64,000 bases of DNA, taken from contig JBDHZC010000001.1 of NCBI GenBank assembly GCA_039811685.1, positions 192,001 to 256,000 on the forward strand, in the 5' to 3' direction. The notes under the pieces are model-generated. The model was not told where the DNA came from. It was given only the letters and a program-made list of their open reading frames with translations, and did not search any database. The DNA comes from Armatimonadota bacterium (GTDB lineage Bacteria > Armatimonadota > UBA5829 > DSUL01). The position numbers and the translations under genes were made by a program. Below are positions 1 through 10,883 of the stretch, one piece after another (the stretch's first letter is position 1; every line of letters begins with the position of its first letter).

Positions 1-1940
1 GCGATCTTCTGCTGTTCCACCAGATGCAGCAGTGGCCGATTTACCCGACACTGCGCTTGAGCAAGACATCGGACTTCTTTGACGCTGTTGAGGCAGCAAA
101 TCCCAGTTTGCCGGTTATTGACGATGAGCTGAACACAATCTTTGAAGGCTGCTACACCTCTCAATCCAAGGTCAAACGCGGTAACCGCCGCAGTGAGAGT
201 CTGCTTCCAAAAGCTGAAGCCATTGCCCTGATCGCCGGGGTTACGGACTCAATGCCCTATCCCTCTGAAGATCTGGAACGCGGTTGGCGTCACACTCTTT
301 TGTGTCAGTTCCACGATATTCTGCCCGGCTCGGGCATCCATGCTACGTATGAGTACAGCGAGGGTCTCTACCAGGAAGTCGCAGCGATTTCAGAGTCTGT
401 TATTACGCGTGGACTTCGCCGTCTGGCGTCGCGCGTTGATACTGCGTCTGTTGCGGGGGCTGTGCCGGAGGACGCAGAGCATTCTGAGATTGGCGCCGGG
501 ACCGGAGCAGGAGCGGGTAAGGGCGATATCACCTCCGGCTCAACGAGCTACAACATTGGCGCACCCGGAGCGCAGCCGTTCCTGGTTTACAATTCGATGG
601 GCTGGGCACGCTCGGAGATTGCTGTCGCGCAGGTGTGGAATGTGGATTGGCCACATGGGCCGGTTAAGGCCATTGGTCCAGATGGTGAAAGCGTAAGCGC
701 TCAGGTGCTGGATCACAATCAGTACTGGGGCCATGCGTACACGACCGTGGCGTTTCCGGTAGAGGACGTCCCGTCGGTAGGCTACAAGGTGTACGCTCTG
801 GATCGTGACGTCGAGCCGCAACCGTGCGAAGGCGTCCACGTCCATGCGCGCAAGGAGGTTCTTTATTGCCCGGCCTGTGAACTGGGACAGGTCACTCTGG
901 AAAATCAGCATCTCAGCGTCACGCTTGAGAGCAAAGCCGGAGCTATCTGTCATCTCGTAGACAAGGCGACCGGCATTGACTTTGTGCCGCAGGGTGAGTT
1001 CATGGGTTTGCTGGAGGTCTTCAACGAAGCTCACAACCCCATGAGCGCGTGGAACATAGGCCAGATTCGCCGCGTTGAGAAGCTGGATGAAGGCTGGACG
1101 CTGGATGTGCGCCACCGGGGCCCGCACCGTGGAGCTGTCGTCTGCAGGCGCTCCTACAACGACAGCACTCTGAGCCTGGAAATATCTCTTGATAACGACA
1201 GCCGCCAGGTGCGATTTGACTTGACCGTCAACTGGCTGGAGCGCGGAACGCCCGAGAAGGGTGTGCCTTTCCTGCGCACGGCACTTCCGGTAGCTGTAAG
1301 CAACCCACAGTCAACCTACGAGATACCGTTTGGCTCAATCCAAAGGCCTGCGCACGGTCAGGAAGTTCCAGCGCTCAAGTGGGCTGATGTGTCTGGATCG
1401 ACAGCTTCCGGTCCGGCAGGACTGACTCTTGTCAATGAATCGAAATACGGCCACAACGCGGACGGTAGCACTCTGCGCCTGTCTCTGTTGAGGTCCAGCT
1501 ATGCTCCCGATCCACTGCCGGAGATGGGAGAGCACCGCATTAGTTGGGCTGTTCAACCGCACACTGGCGCTTTCAGTGTCAGCGAGGCGATGAAGGCGGG
1601 ATGGAACTTCAACGATCCTCTCACTGTCATTTCCACTGCTGTCCACTCCGGCGATCTTCCACCGGCCAGGAGTTTTGCCAGCGTGGAGCCGGCGAACGTT
1701 GTTATGGCGGCGCTTAAAAAGGCAGAGGATTCGGACGGTATTGTTGTGCGCCTCTTTGAATGCGAAGGCCATGATACTGATGCTTCTGTCTCACTGGATG
1801 GTCTGGTCAGGCAGGGGAGCAGCGCGACCGAGATGGACATACTCGAGCAGCCGCTTGAAGCTTCAGCGGCCCAGATGGATGGCACAACCCTGAAAGTCAA
1901 GGTTCCTGCATACGGCATAGCCACTGTGAGGGTGGAATAG
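1..1940 (+). CDS. Alpha-mannosidase, glycoside hydrolase family 38 (5'-truncated by window edge)
   Basis: Frame is open from the window start. GH38 middle and C-terminal motifs: GCYTSQ, QFHDILPGS, YEIPFG, LxNxSKYG, LRLSLLRS, VRLFE. Confidence 0.9.
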   Translation, partial: DLLLFHQMQQWPIYPTLRLSKTSDFFDAVEAANPSLPVIDDELNTIFEGCYTSQSKVKRGNRRSESLLPKAEAIALIAGVTDSMPYPSEDLERGWRHTLLCQFHDILPGSGIHATYEYSEGLYQEVAAISESVITRGLRRLASRVDTASVAGAVPEDAEHSEIGAGTGAGAGKGDITSGSTSYNIGAPGAQPFLVYNSMGWARSEIAVAQVWNVDWPHGPVKAIGPDGESVSAQVLDHNQYWGHAYTTVAFPVEDVPSVGYKVYALDRDVEPQPCEGVHVHARKEVLYCPACELGQVTLENQHLSVTLESKAGAICHLVDKATGIDFVPQGEFMGLLEVFNEAHNPMSAWNIGQIRRVEKLDEGWTLDVRHRGPHRGAVVCRRSYNDSTLSLEISLDNDSRQVRFDLTVNWLERGTPEKGVPFLRTALPVAVSNPQSTYEIPFGSIQRPAHGQEVPALKWADVSGSTASGPAGLTLVNESKYGHNADGSTLRLSLLRSSYAPDPLPEMGEHRISWAVQPHTGAFSVSEAMKAGWNFNDPLTVISTAVHSGDLPPARSFASVEPANVVMAALKKAEDSDGIVVRLFECEGHDTDASVSLDGLVRQGSSATEMDILEQPLEASAAQMDGTTLKVKVPAYGIATVRVE

Positions 1941-1983
1941 TGCCTGGACTCATCCGCGCTGACTTAACTGATGAGGTAGCAAA

Positions 1984-3615
1984 ATGACACGGCCGCCCGC
2001 TGCGCCATGGTCGCTTGGTGTTGTTCTGCTCTCCCGGTACCCTGAACACAACTTTCTCTTTGAAATCCTGGACCACTCCGGAGTCGCCTATCGTCGCGTT
2101 CAGCCTGGAGAATCTCCGGAGGCAATAGGGGGCTGTTCGGTATGGCTGATTGGGAGCTATCTTCCGGCTGGTGTCCCACAAGATTGGACTTCGGCTATCC
2201 GTTCGCATCTGAACTCCGGAGGTGGTCTTGTTCTGCTGGGGAACCCTGCCGGACTAGAAGATCTGTTCCGAGTCCAAACGCTGGGACGAGATTTGGGTGA
2301 GGGATACTACGTGCCGGAGGCTCTCAAGAGTTGTCCTGACGATGTCTGGCTCCACCATTTTGGAGGTGCTGCGGTCCGGCCGCTGAGCGGTAGCTCTGAT
2401 GCTGTAGGAAAACTGACTGGAACTGAAGGCGAGGCGCAGGACGCGGTGGGGCTTGTGCGTCCGTCAGAATCGCTCTCCGGAATCTTCGTTGATGTCGCTA
2501 AGACCTGCCGGTATATTCAGCACGGCATTCCGGTTGTTGCAGATGGTGTGCCAGCGCCGGACGGCAGCGCACCACTGAACGACAACATCCTCAAGGCAGA
2601 GGACGGTCACGTTCTGGACTGGCGTCGAGACCGCCACACGATCGAAGGATGTGACTTCCCTTTCTTTACCTATCCGGTGGCGGACATTTGGAAAGAGCTC
2701 CTTCTCAGCGAGGTTTTTCGCGTGGCGTCGAAGGTGGCGGCGCCCCTGAAGATGCTCTGGTACTGGCCGGATCGCCTACCGGCAGTCGGACAGATATCGT
2801 ATGACTCTGACCACAATGGCCCGGATGAAGCGCATCGGACTATTGCCGCACTCAAGGACATCGACATCCGTACAACCTGGCTCGTCATTGCACCGGGTTA
2901 CGACAAGGGCAGTGGGGTCATCGAGTCTCTGAAGGCCAACGATCACGAGGTCGGCTTTCATTTTGACGCTGGTATCAACCCTGAAGATAGATGGGAGGGG
3001 TGGCTCCGGCAAAAGTTCCACCAACAGCTCCACGAAGTTGCCCGCGCTTGCTCAGTCGGAGGTTTTCGCTCAAACAAGAATCATTACACCCGCTGGCAGG
3101 GGAGCCTTGATCTGTTGGAGTGGTGTCAGGAGTCGGGCATCTCAACCGACCTGACTAAGCTGCCTTCGAAGCTTGGAACTGCTGGATTCTTCGCGGGAAG
3201 CGCACACCCTTGGCTGCACCACGACATCCGCGGCGAGCCGCTCGATTGCCTTGAAATCCATGGATTCACGCAGGACCCGGTTGTGACCGTTCCGCCTGTT
3301 GTCCAGCTCTATCTGTTGCGTCAATGCGCGCGCCACAACGGGGTAGCAGCTTTCACCTATCACCCTGTCCACATCGCAAAGCCTGGCGTAGAGGACGCGC
3401 TCCGGCAGACGATTCAGCTTGGAAGAGACCTGAATCTGGAGTGGTGGACGGTGGAGGAGATTCACGACTGGGAGCTTGCCCGTCGCGCAATCCAATGGAA
3501 CGGCGCCGGTCAGCCAGAAGGCGGCGCTCTCATAAGAGGCCGCAGTGGCGTTGTGTTGACTCTGGACTCTGACGGAGACTTCTCTTACCTGGATCACAGG
3601 TTTCTCGCCAACTGA
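1984..3615 (+). CDS. Hypothetical protein with C-terminal polysaccharide-deacetylase-like domain
   Basis: 543-aa ORF with GAGG RBS. CE4/NodB-like motifs ISYDSD, HEVGFH, NHYTRW, TYHPVH. Confidence 0.6.
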   Translation: MTRPPAAPWSLGVVLLSRYPEHNFLFEILDHSGVAYRRVQPGESPEAIGGCSVWLIGSYLPAGVPQDWTSAIRSHLNSGGGLVLLGNPAGLEDLFRVQTLGRDLGEGYYVPEALKSCPDDVWLHHFGGAAVRPLSGSSDAVGKLTGTEGEAQDAVGLVRPSESLSGIFVDVAKTCRYIQHGIPVVADGVPAPDGSAPLNDNILKAEDGHVLDWRRDRHTIEGCDFPFFTYPVADIWKELLLSEVFRVASKVAAPLKMLWYWPDRLPAVGQISYDSDHNGPDEAHRTIAALKDIDIRTTWLVIAPGYDKGSGVIESLKANDHEVGFHFDAGINPEDRWEGWLRQKFHQQLHEVARACSVGGFRSNKNHYTRWQGSLDLLEWCQESGISTDLTKLPSKLGTAGFFAGSAHPWLHHDIRGEPLDCLEIHGFTQDPVVTVPPVVQLYLLRQCARHNGVAAFTYHPVHIAKPGVEDALRQTIQLGRDLNLEWWTVEEIHDWELARRAIQWNGAGQPEGGALIRGRSGVVLTLDSDGDFSYLDHRFLAN

Positions 3616-3638
3616 GCCGATCTCTCGCGTTGCCTCTC

Positions 3639-3667
3639 TTGACACTCAATGCGCACGCGGATAACAT
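3639..3667 (+). promoter_or_regulatory. Sigma70-type promoter of groESL
   Basis: TTGACA (3639-3644), 17 bp spacer, TAACAT (3662-3667), immediately upstream of CIRCE. Confidence 0.7.
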
Positions 3668-3677
3668 CCCCTCGGAA

Positions 3678-3704
3678 TTAGCACTCTCGCCTGGCGACTG
3701 CTAA
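3678..3704 (+). promoter_or_regulatory. CIRCE element (HrcA operator)
   Basis: TTAGCACTC-N9-GACTGCTAA, one mismatch to the consensus TTAGCACTC-N9-GAGTGCTAA, upstream of groES. Confidence 0.92.
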
Positions 3705-3762
3705 GCGCGACAGGAGAGGGCGCTCAGCTTTGTACATTCCTACACGGAGGAGGATACGCACG

Positions 3763-4047
3763 TTGATTAAGCCGTTGTTCGACAAGGTTGTAGTTGAGCC
3801 TTCGGAAGCAGAAGACATCAGCGCAGGCGGCATCGTTTTGCCGGATTCTGCGAAAAAGAAGCCTCAGGAAGGCAAAGTCATTGCAGTGGGTGCGGGCCGG
3901 GTGCTGGATGACGGCTCGCGCGGTCCAATGGCTGTGAAGGCTGGTGACACAATTATTTACGCTAAGTACGGCGGGACTGAAGTCACGGTTGATGGCAAAG
4001 ATTATGTGATTCTGGATGAGGATTCCATCTACGCTGTCAAGAGTTGA
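3763..4047 (+). CDS. groES: Co-chaperonin GroES
   Basis: [10 protein letters not shown]...[10 protein letters not shown]...[11 protein letters not shown] start at 3763 follows a GGAGGAGG RBS. Confidence 0.97.
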   Translation: MIKPLFDKVVVEPSEAEDISAGGIVLPDSAKKKPQEGKVIAVGAGRVLDDGSRGPMAVKAGDTIIYAKYGGTEVTVDGKDYVILDEDSIYAVKS

Positions 4048-4189
4048 CGATTCTATAGCGTGAAGATGTTGAAGGGCCGGAGCACGGGCTGGGGCGGGCT
4101 CATCGCTGGCATTTAGGCCCTGCTTCGCACAGGTGCAGACGGGTGCGCATGAGGCCAGTCTACGCCCTGCATTCTGAGGAGGTTTTATT

Positions 4190-5818
4190 ATGGCTGCCAA
4201 ACAGATCATTTACGATGAGGAAGCGCGCAAAGCGCTTGAGCGCGGCGCAAAAACAGTTGCCGCTGCAGTGAAGGTGACTCTTGGTCCCAAGGGGCGCAAT
4301 GTTGTTCTTGACAAGAAGTGGGGCTCACCGACCATTACCAAAGACGGTGTGACAGTTGCCAAGGAGATTGAGCTCACCGATCCTTATGAAAACATGGGCG
4401 CCCAGCTTGTGAAAGAGGTCGCTTCCAAGACCAACGACATTGCTGGAGACGGGACAACGACCGCAACAGTTCTGGCTGAGGCGCTGGTGAGCGAAGGGCT
4501 GAAGTATGTCGCGGCGGGCGGCAGCCCCACGGCTGTTAAGCGCGGGATCGACAAGGCGGTGGAAGCTGCAGTCGAACAGCTCAAAAAGAGCGCTGAACCG
4601 GTGGAGACCAAAGAAGAGGTCGCCAATGTCGCCTCGATCGCCGGCAACGACCGCGAAGTCGGCGAGTTGCTCGCGGATGCTCTTGACAAAGTCGGACGCG
4701 ACGGTGTCATCACGGTTGAGGAGTCCAAAGGCACAGCCACTGAAGTGGACGTTGTCGAAGGCATGCAGTTTGACAAGGGTTATATTTCTCCTTACATGGT
4801 GACTGATCCAGAACGCATGGAGGCCGTCTTTGACAATCCCCTTGTGTTGGTGCATGAGAAAAAGATTTCCTCAGCGGCAGACCTGATTCCGTTTCTCGAG
4901 AAGATCGCACAGACCCGGCGCCCGCTGGTTATCATTGCTGAGGATATTGATGGCGATGCTCTCGCTACGCTGGTCGTGAACCGCCTGCGCGGAACGCTTC
5001 AGGTTGCCGCTGCCAAGGCCCCGGGCTTTGGTGACCGGCGCAAGGAGATGCTGCGCGACATAGCCACGCTCACCGGGGGTGAGTATATCAGCGAGGAACT
5101 CGGGCTGAAGCTGGAGCATCTTGAAACCAGCCAACTGGGTTCGGCTAAGAAGATCACGATCTCCAAAGACAAGACTACCATTATCGAAGGCGCCGGCAAG
5201 CGTGAAGATGTTGCCGCTCGGATTCAGCAGATTCGTAACGCCATAGAGACGACCGACTCCAACTACGACCGTGAGAAGCTGCAGGAACGCCTGGCGAAGC
5301 TGGCCGGCGGTGTAGCTGTCGTTCGAGTTGGCGCCAGCACTGAGACAGAGCTCAAAGAGAAGAAGCATCGCTATGAGGATGCTCTGTCCGCTACGCGCGC
5401 GGCTATCGAAGAGGGCATCGTCTCAGGTGGTGGCGTCGCACTGGTCAACGTCATTTCAACAGTGGAAAGCCTGCCACTTGAGGGTGACGAAAAAGTCGGC
5501 GCAAACATTGTGAAGCGCGCTCTCGAAGAGCCACTGCGCCAGATAGCCGAGAACGCGGGGCAGGAAGGCTCTGTCGTGGTGAATGATGTCAAGCGCCACA
5601 ATAAGCCGGGATGGGGCTACAATGCGCTAACCGGTGAGATCGTGGACATGATGAAGGCAGGAATCGTTGATCCTCTGAAGGTGACGCGCTCCGGTCTGCA
5701 GAACGCGGCCTCTATCGCAAACATGGTGCTCTCTACAGAGACGCTGGTTGCGGAAAAGCGGGAGAAGAAGCCTGCTGCTCCGGCTCCTGGCGGTGGCATG
5801 GACGACTACGATATGTAG
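4190..5818 (+). CDS. groEL: Chaperonin GroEL
   Basis: [36 protein letters not shown]-like tail. Confidence 0.99.
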   Translation: MAAKQIIYDEEARKALERGAKTVAAAVKVTLGPKGRNVVLDKKWGSPTITKDGVTVAKEIELTDPYENMGAQLVKEVASKTNDIAGDGTTTATVLAEALVSEGLKYVAAGGSPTAVKRGIDKAVEAAVEQLKKSAEPVETKEEVANVASIAGNDREVGELLADALDKVGRDGVITVEESKGTATEVDVVEGMQFDKGYISPYMVTDPERMEAVFDNPLVLVHEKKISSAADLIPFLEKIAQTRRPLVIIAEDIDGDALATLVVNRLRGTLQVAAAKAPGFGDRRKEMLRDIATLTGGEYISEELGLKLEHLETSQLGSAKKITISKDKTTIIEGAGKREDVAARIQQIRNAIETTDSNYDREKLQERLAKLAGGVAVVRVGASTETELKEKKHRYEDALSATRAAIEEGIVSGGGVALVNVISTVESLPLEGDEKVGANIVKRALEEPLRQIAENAGQEGSVVVNDVKRHNKPGWGYNALTGEIVDMMKAGIVDPLKVTRSGLQNAASIANMVLSTETLVAEKREKKPAAPAPGGGMDDYDM

Positions 5819-5846
5819 CTGGACTTGCCAGTAAAGCAAGTTACTG

Positions 5847-5883
5847 AGAGCCTCGGCAGCCTGCATTGTCCGGGGCTCTTTTT
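5847..5883 (+). terminator. Rho-independent terminator after groEL
   Basis: AGAGCCTCGG/CCGGGGCTCT stem followed by a T-run. Confidence 0.75.
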
Positions 5884-5961
5884 ATGCCTGGTTGCCGCAG
5901 CTCTGGAACTTCTGGGTAGTTCCCCGGTTCGGTATCTACACCTGGTGCAAGGTTTGATGAG

Positions 5962-7236
5962 TTAGCGCGAAGCAATAGGAACTCTGAAGACTGAGCAGTC
6001 TCCGGGTGCAAGCCGCACACTCCACTTAAGAGACGTGCCTGCTCTGCTTGATTTGTGCTCCACTCTCAGCGGAGAAGGGCCGGACAGGGCAGCAGGTGTT
6101 GCGTTCCCGAGCTTCGCACCAGCTTCACGCGAACAATCTAGCGCTATGTTGAGCGTTTGAGCGCGCGCGGGGTCGGTATTCACAGCCACAACATAGGCAT
6201 CTCCGCCGTACATCCAGACAGTTGCGCGTCCGTTGCTGTCACAGGTCAAATATCCCGGAGCGGCTTTGAGCTGCAGGAGTGTTGGGGAAAGACGCTCCAA
6301 TCGGCGTGTGAGCCGTCCAATCTCTGTCCAGCGCTCGTCTCCCCTGTAGTTCTTATCTACCAGCCCCGACATTACACTGCCGCTTGCGGAGTCCCAAGTC
6401 TCCGTCTGATACAGAAACCAGAAGACACCACGAGCGCCGTTGGCAACGGACAGATAGGTCATACATCGGATTTCGGTTGGCGTCGGGAAGCGGTGGATGC
6501 CAGTGATGGCATGCGTCTGAAGAACAGCCCATAGGGTAGCGCCGCGGTTCTGCGTGTGCGACGCAGCCTGCCGGCACGCCTGGTCAAACGCCACCATAGG
6601 CTCCCGAGAGTTGAGAGGAGTGTGCACTCCGATCGGATAGAAGTCGAAGGCCAGTACGGAGGAACCGGTCTGATCTAGAAAAGCTTCGCTGTGATCAACT
6701 CCCATCAAGCACGTGAATGGCTGAAGTTCGGCAGAGAACCTTTTCAGCTCATTCGCCACCTTCCGATACCGGCCAAAGGCATCCGGCGCCGGTTCATCCA
6801 GAAGTTGTACCCGCCACAGGGCAGGGTGGTGCTGGATAGGGGACAGGTTCTGACTAAAGACCGTTTGCAGACGTCTGGTCTCGAGCGGCTGAGCGCCACG
6901 GATCATCTGTCCTGGTTCGCCGCCCTCTTTGTCCAGCTCGATAATCAGCTTGAGGTTGTTGCTCTGGGCCGCATCGAGCAGCGCGCTGTGGTGCGCAGGC
7001 GGAGTATTTGGAACGACAGCGCAGTTGAGCCCGTGCGCTGCGATATCGCGAAAGTTGCGTTCATAGAGCAGCGCCGCTTCTCCAGCGCTTTGGGGAATCA
7101 GATTCCACCTGAACTCTCCGACTCCACCCTCGTACCAAACGCCCAGCGGAAGCCTGGGACCGGTTGCCGCCACGCATACGGTCGCAAGAAGCACAGAGCA
7201 AAAGGCCGCGTAAATTGCCGTCATCCGCGTGATCAT
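5962..7236 (-). CDS. Secreted hypothetical protein, glycoside-hydrolase-like TIM barrel
   Basis: N-terminal signal peptide. LLDEP, FDFYP and GARGVFWFLY motifs resemble clan GH-A-like unclassified hydrolases. Confidence 0.55.
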   Translation of the reverse strand: MITRMTAIYAAFCSVLLATVCVAATGPRLPLGVWYEGGVGEFRWNLIPQSAGEAALLYERNFRDIAAHGLNCAVVPNTPPAHHSALLDAAQSNNLKLIIELDKEGGEPGQMIRGAQPLETRRLQTVFSQNLSPIQHHPALWRVQLLDEPAPDAFGRYRKVANELKRFSAELQPFTCLMGVDHSEAFLDQTGSSVLAFDFYPIGVHTPLNSREPMVAFDQACRQAASHTQNRGATLWAVLQTHAITGIHRFPTPTEIRCMTYLSVANGARGVFWFLYQTETWDSASGSVMSGLVDKNYRGDERWTEIGRLTRRLERLSPTLLQLKAAPGYLTCDSNGRATVWMYGGDAYVVAVNTDPARAQTLNIALDCSREAGAKLGNATPAALSGPSPLRVEHKSSRAGTSLKWSVRLAPGDCSVFRVPIASR

Positions 7237-7352
7237 ATCTGCCTAGTTACGCACGGCGGCAACTCTTCCTGCTCGCAATCTTTCGTTATGCTGTCTTGTA
7301 TCCTCAGAGTTCCAGCCGCTATGGCTCAAGACAGCGGTGTAGCGAGTTGGCG

Positions 7353-8399
7353 CTAGTAGTCGCCGGAAGATGTGACCTCTGAGTAGACCTTCCCGCCCTT
7401 GTACCAGTCCGCAGACACAGCGTCCCGCAACTCCTGATCACTGATACCCAGTCGCTGCTGCCAACTGGTCGCGTAGTTCGCAACAATGTCGCACAGCTTC
7501 TGAAAGCGCGGACGCCCGACGTGTTCTGTGAAGCGCGCACTCTCCTGTGCGGTGTTCTGGGTGAACCACTCCTTGAAGATTGCCCGGCCGGCCATAATGC
7601 CACTCGAGCCCGCTTTCATTGCCAGCTCAGTCTGTTTTTCAAACAGGTCAAAGTCCACACCCGCAGAGAGCAACACCCAGGGCCGAATAGCCACTTCATT
7701 CAGTTGAAGGAGGTTGTCCTGGATTTCGGATGCGCTCAGTGTGTTAATGTCCCCTGGAAACTCGAGCTTCAGAATGTCGGTGATTGGACCAAGGGCGCGT
7801 GCGGAGTCAATCGTGTTCTGCACCTTGCGTCCTGCGTAGTCCTCATCACTTTCGCCCGGGCGTTTGTAGGACAGCTCTTCTATGAGGAGAAGGATGTCAT
7901 TTTCCCGGCAGTCTTTCTGAATTTGGCGGGCGAAGTCGAGCTGGTGTTCTGTAGCCTGCTCATTTCCCATGTCAAGGTACACCAGTAGTTTCACTGCGTC
8001 GGCGCCCATTTGTTTGATCTGGCCCACACTCCATCCCGGCTCGAACTCCACGGGGGTTCCTGCGTCTTTCGAAGCTTCAACCCGTCCCAGGAGACCTGTC
8101 CCTTTTGGGATCGCGTTTGCGTTGATAGCTTGTCTCAGGCCATAGTTCACATCCAGCAGGACTGCGCTGGCATTGGCGCCGATGATGCGTGAGAACTCAA
8201 GTTTCGCCGCGCTGATCTCTTCATAGGTGGGTTCGCCTGGAATGTCCCGGATCTCATGCGTCCTCCGCAAGGCTTTCCGGAATGAATTCGACTGATCCAG
8301 CGCCAGGACACGAAAACACCCATTCTTGTCTGTGATGCGCCGAAGTCCCATCATCTTGCCCGGTGTCAGATTGACAAAGTGCTGTTTGAGTTCAGTCAT
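7353..8399 (-). CDS. Class I aldolase, LacD family (tagatose-1,6-bisphosphate/sulfofructosephosphate aldolase-like)
   Basis: LALDQ, VKLLVY, LKLEFP, WVLLSAGV, AGRAIF motifs. Confidence 0.85.
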   Translation of the reverse strand: MTELKQHFVNLTPGKMMGLRRITDKNGCFRVLALDQSNSFRKALRRTHEIRDIPGEPTYEEISAAKLEFSRIIGANASAVLLDVNYGLRQAINANAIPKGTGLLGRVEASKDAGTPVEFEPGWSVGQIKQMGADAVKLLVYLDMGNEQATEHQLDFARQIQKDCRENDILLLIEELSYKRPGESDEDYAGRKVQNTIDSARALGPITDILKLEFPGDINTLSASEIQDNLLQLNEVAIRPWVLLSAGVDFDLFEKQTELAMKAGSSGIMAGRAIFKEWFTQNTAQESARFTEHVGRPRFQKLCDIVANYATSWQQRLGISDQELRDAVSADWYKGGKVYSEVTSSGDY

Positions 8400-8738
8400 A
8401 GTTCTTACTCCTCTGTGAGAATGTCGTTGCCACGATCGCTCTTGAGTTCTGCGGCTTACAGGCTGCTTTATGTGGCGTCAGTCGGGTTTTCTGTGCTTTG
8501 AGCCTGTGATTCGTCTTCGATTTATCTCTTACCCGCGAATAGGCGCCGGGCACTCCGTGTCATCCATAACAGAGTGGTATTGATCCGGGATTGTCCTCCC
8601 GATTACCGGGAAAGGAACCGTTTGCGCGCGGGTAACCGTTCTAACCCATGACGCATCAACTCGGGTCTAGAAATGCAGCCGTCCAAAGGGGTCCGCAGGA
8701 GTGCGCCTCGTGAGCTTTTGGTGAAGTGTGCCCGTGGG

Positions 8739-8747
8739 TGGTATAAT
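8739..8747 (+). promoter_or_regulatory. Extended -10 promoter upstream of ftsH
   Basis: TGgTATAAT, a perfect extended -10, ~150 bp before the ftsH start. Confidence 0.65.
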
Positions 8748-8900
8748 CCCCTCGAAGGGATGCAAGCGCGAAGTGCGCACGCGGACTTTTCTTGCCAGTC
8801 CAGCTTCCCATGGTCGTACAAAGCAGACAAAGTAAGTTCGGAGTCAGTCAGAGGTACACTCCGGATTTACTGCCGGAGGCGCTTTGTGCGGAGGTAAAGT

Positions 8901-10826
8901 TTGAGCCGATATTTCAAAAACCTGATCGCCATTATGGCGCTGGTCCTCATCGTCTTGTTCGTCACCCGTGGCAGTTCGCTACGGGGCGTGAACAACGATG
9001 TCTCGGAGCGAGACTACTCCGTAATGATGCAGATGATCCAGAAGGGTGAGGTCAATCGCGGCACCATCCAGGAGAACATCTTCAAATTCGAGGACAATAA
9101 AGGCCGTCACTACTATACGCGTGTCCCCGATCCGGGTGATCAGGAAGACTTGCGCGCCGCGCTTGAAAAGGGCAAAGTCACTTTCAAGATTTCGGCTCCA
9201 CTTTTGTCCGCAGGCATTCAGAATTTACTCCTTGGGCTCTTTCCGATACTTATCCTTGTCGCCTTCTGGATGTTCTTTTTGAGGCAGGCGCAGCAGGGTG
9301 GCAACCAGGCTATGGCCTTTGGTCGCAGCCGTGCCAAGAGGGTGTCTGAGAACGTCCCTAAAGTGACTTTCGAGGACGTGGCCGGTGTGGAAGAGGCGAA
9401 GCAGGAGCTCCAGGAGATTGTGGAGTTCCTGAAGAATCCTAAGAAATTTCAGGCGCTTGGCGCGAAAATTCCAAAGGGCGTTCTCCTCCTTGGGCCTCCT
9501 GGGTGTGGCAAGACACTGCTGGCCCGAGCGATAGCTGGCGAAGCCGGAGTGCCCTTCTTTCACATCAGCGGTTCGGACTTCGTTGAGATGTTTGTAGGAG
9601 TTGGCGCATCCAGGGTGCGCGACCTCTTTGACACCGCAAAGGCGAACCGGCCGAGCCTGGTCTTTATTGATGAGATTGACGCTGTCGGCCGCCAAAGGGG
9701 CGCTGGTCTCGGCGGCGGGCACGATGAGCGCGAACAGACGCTGAATCAGCTTCTGGTGGAGATGGATGGCTTCGACCCGAACTCGGGCGTCATCCTCATT
9801 GCCGCAACCAACCGGCCGGATGTTCTGGATCCGGCGCTTCTACGTCCCGGCCGTTTTGATCGCAGAGTGATTGTGGATGATCCGGATATGAATGGGCGAC
9901 GGGCGATTCTCGGCGTACACGTCAAGGGCAAACCTCTGGCCGACGATGTAGATCTGGATTCACTGGCGCGCCGGACGCCCGGATTTTCAGGGGCTGACCT
10001 GATGAACCTCGTAAACGAGGCAGCGCTACTGGCAGCCCGTCGCGAGAAAACCAAAATCGGTATGGCGGAGTTTGAAGCCTCTGTCGACCGAGTAATTGCC
10101 GGGCCGGAGCGGCGCAGCAGGCTTATTAACGAAAAAGAGAAGAGTGTTGTGGCCTATCACGAAGTCGGCCATGCGGTAGTTATGGACATCCTGCCGAACG
10201 GAGATCCTGTGCACAAAGTCTCCATCCTCCCGCGCGGAATGGCGCTCGGCGTTACGATGTCGCTGCCTTTGGAGGACAAGTACCTCACCACGCGCGATGA
10301 GCTTCTGGATGACGTGACCGGTCTGCTTGGCGGAAGAGCGGCGGAACAGCTCATCTTTGGTCAAATGACCACCGGCGCCAACAACGATCTGGATCGCGCA
10401 AGCGATATTGCGCGAAGGATGGTGTGCGAGTTCGGAATGAGTGAGGAGATAGGCCCTCTGACGCTCGGCAAGCGGCATGGGAATCCCTTCCTTGGCCGCG
10501 ATATTATGGAGGACCGCAACTACTCTGAGGAAGTGGCCCAGAAGATTGACATGGAAGTCCGGCGCATTATTGAAGCCAGCTATGAGCGCGCAGTGAAGAT
10601 ACTGGAAGACAATCGCGACAAGGTTGATCGTATCGCTCGCGTGCTCCTGGAGCGCGAAACAATAGACGCCGATGAATTCAGAGCCCTGATGGAAGGCCGC
10701 GATCCGTTCGCGGGTCAGGTCAAAGAGGGTGACTCTGGTGACACCCCCGCTAAGGATAAGCCTTCAGAGCAGCCTCTGGACAACCGGACTCAGGTACAGC
10801 CCAAGCTCGAGCCTGGCGTTGCGTGA
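8901..10826 (+). CDS. ftsH: ATP-dependent zinc metalloprotease FtsH
   Basis: Two N-terminal TM helices, Walker A GPPGCGKT, Walker [21 protein letters not shown], zinc motif HEVGH. TTG start with GGAGG RBS. Confidence 0.98.
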   Translation: MSRYFKNLIAIMALVLIVLFVTRGSSLRGVNNDVSERDYSVMMQMIQKGEVNRGTIQENIFKFEDNKGRHYYTRVPDPGDQEDLRAALEKGKVTFKISAPLLSAGIQNLLLGLFPILILVAFWMFFLRQAQQGGNQAMAFGRSRAKRVSENVPKVTFEDVAGVEEAKQELQEIVEFLKNPKKFQALGAKIPKGVLLLGPPGCGKTLLARAIAGEAGVPFFHISGSDFVEMFVGVGASRVRDLFDTAKANRPSLVFIDEIDAVGRQRGAGLGGGHDEREQTLNQLLVEMDGFDPNSGVILIAATNRPDVLDPALLRPGRFDRRVIVDDPDMNGRRAILGVHVKGKPLADDVDLDSLARRTPGFSGADLMNLVNEAALLAARREKTKIGMAEFEASVDRVIAGPERRSRLINEKEKSVVAYHEVGHAVVMDILPNGDPVHKVSILPRGMALGVTMSLPLEDKYLTTRDELLDDVTGLLGGRAAEQLIFGQMTTGANNDLDRASDIARRMVCEFGMSEEIGPLTLGKRHGNPFLGRDIMEDRNYSEEVAQKIDMEVRRIIEASYERAVKILEDNRDKVDRIARVLLERETIDADEFRALMEGRDPFAGQVKEGDSGDTPAKDKPSEQPLDNRTQVQPKLEPGVA

Positions 10827-10883
10827 GTTTTTGAAGCCGACAGGGATGGGTGGCCTTTCTCTTCTGCCGGTTTTGATCGGCGC

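Noticed and set aside
8601..8650. Possible LacI-type operators (GGAACCGTTTGC, GGTAACCGTTCT) upstream of the LacD-like gene
   Set aside because: Weak symmetry and no regulator nearby; not supportable.
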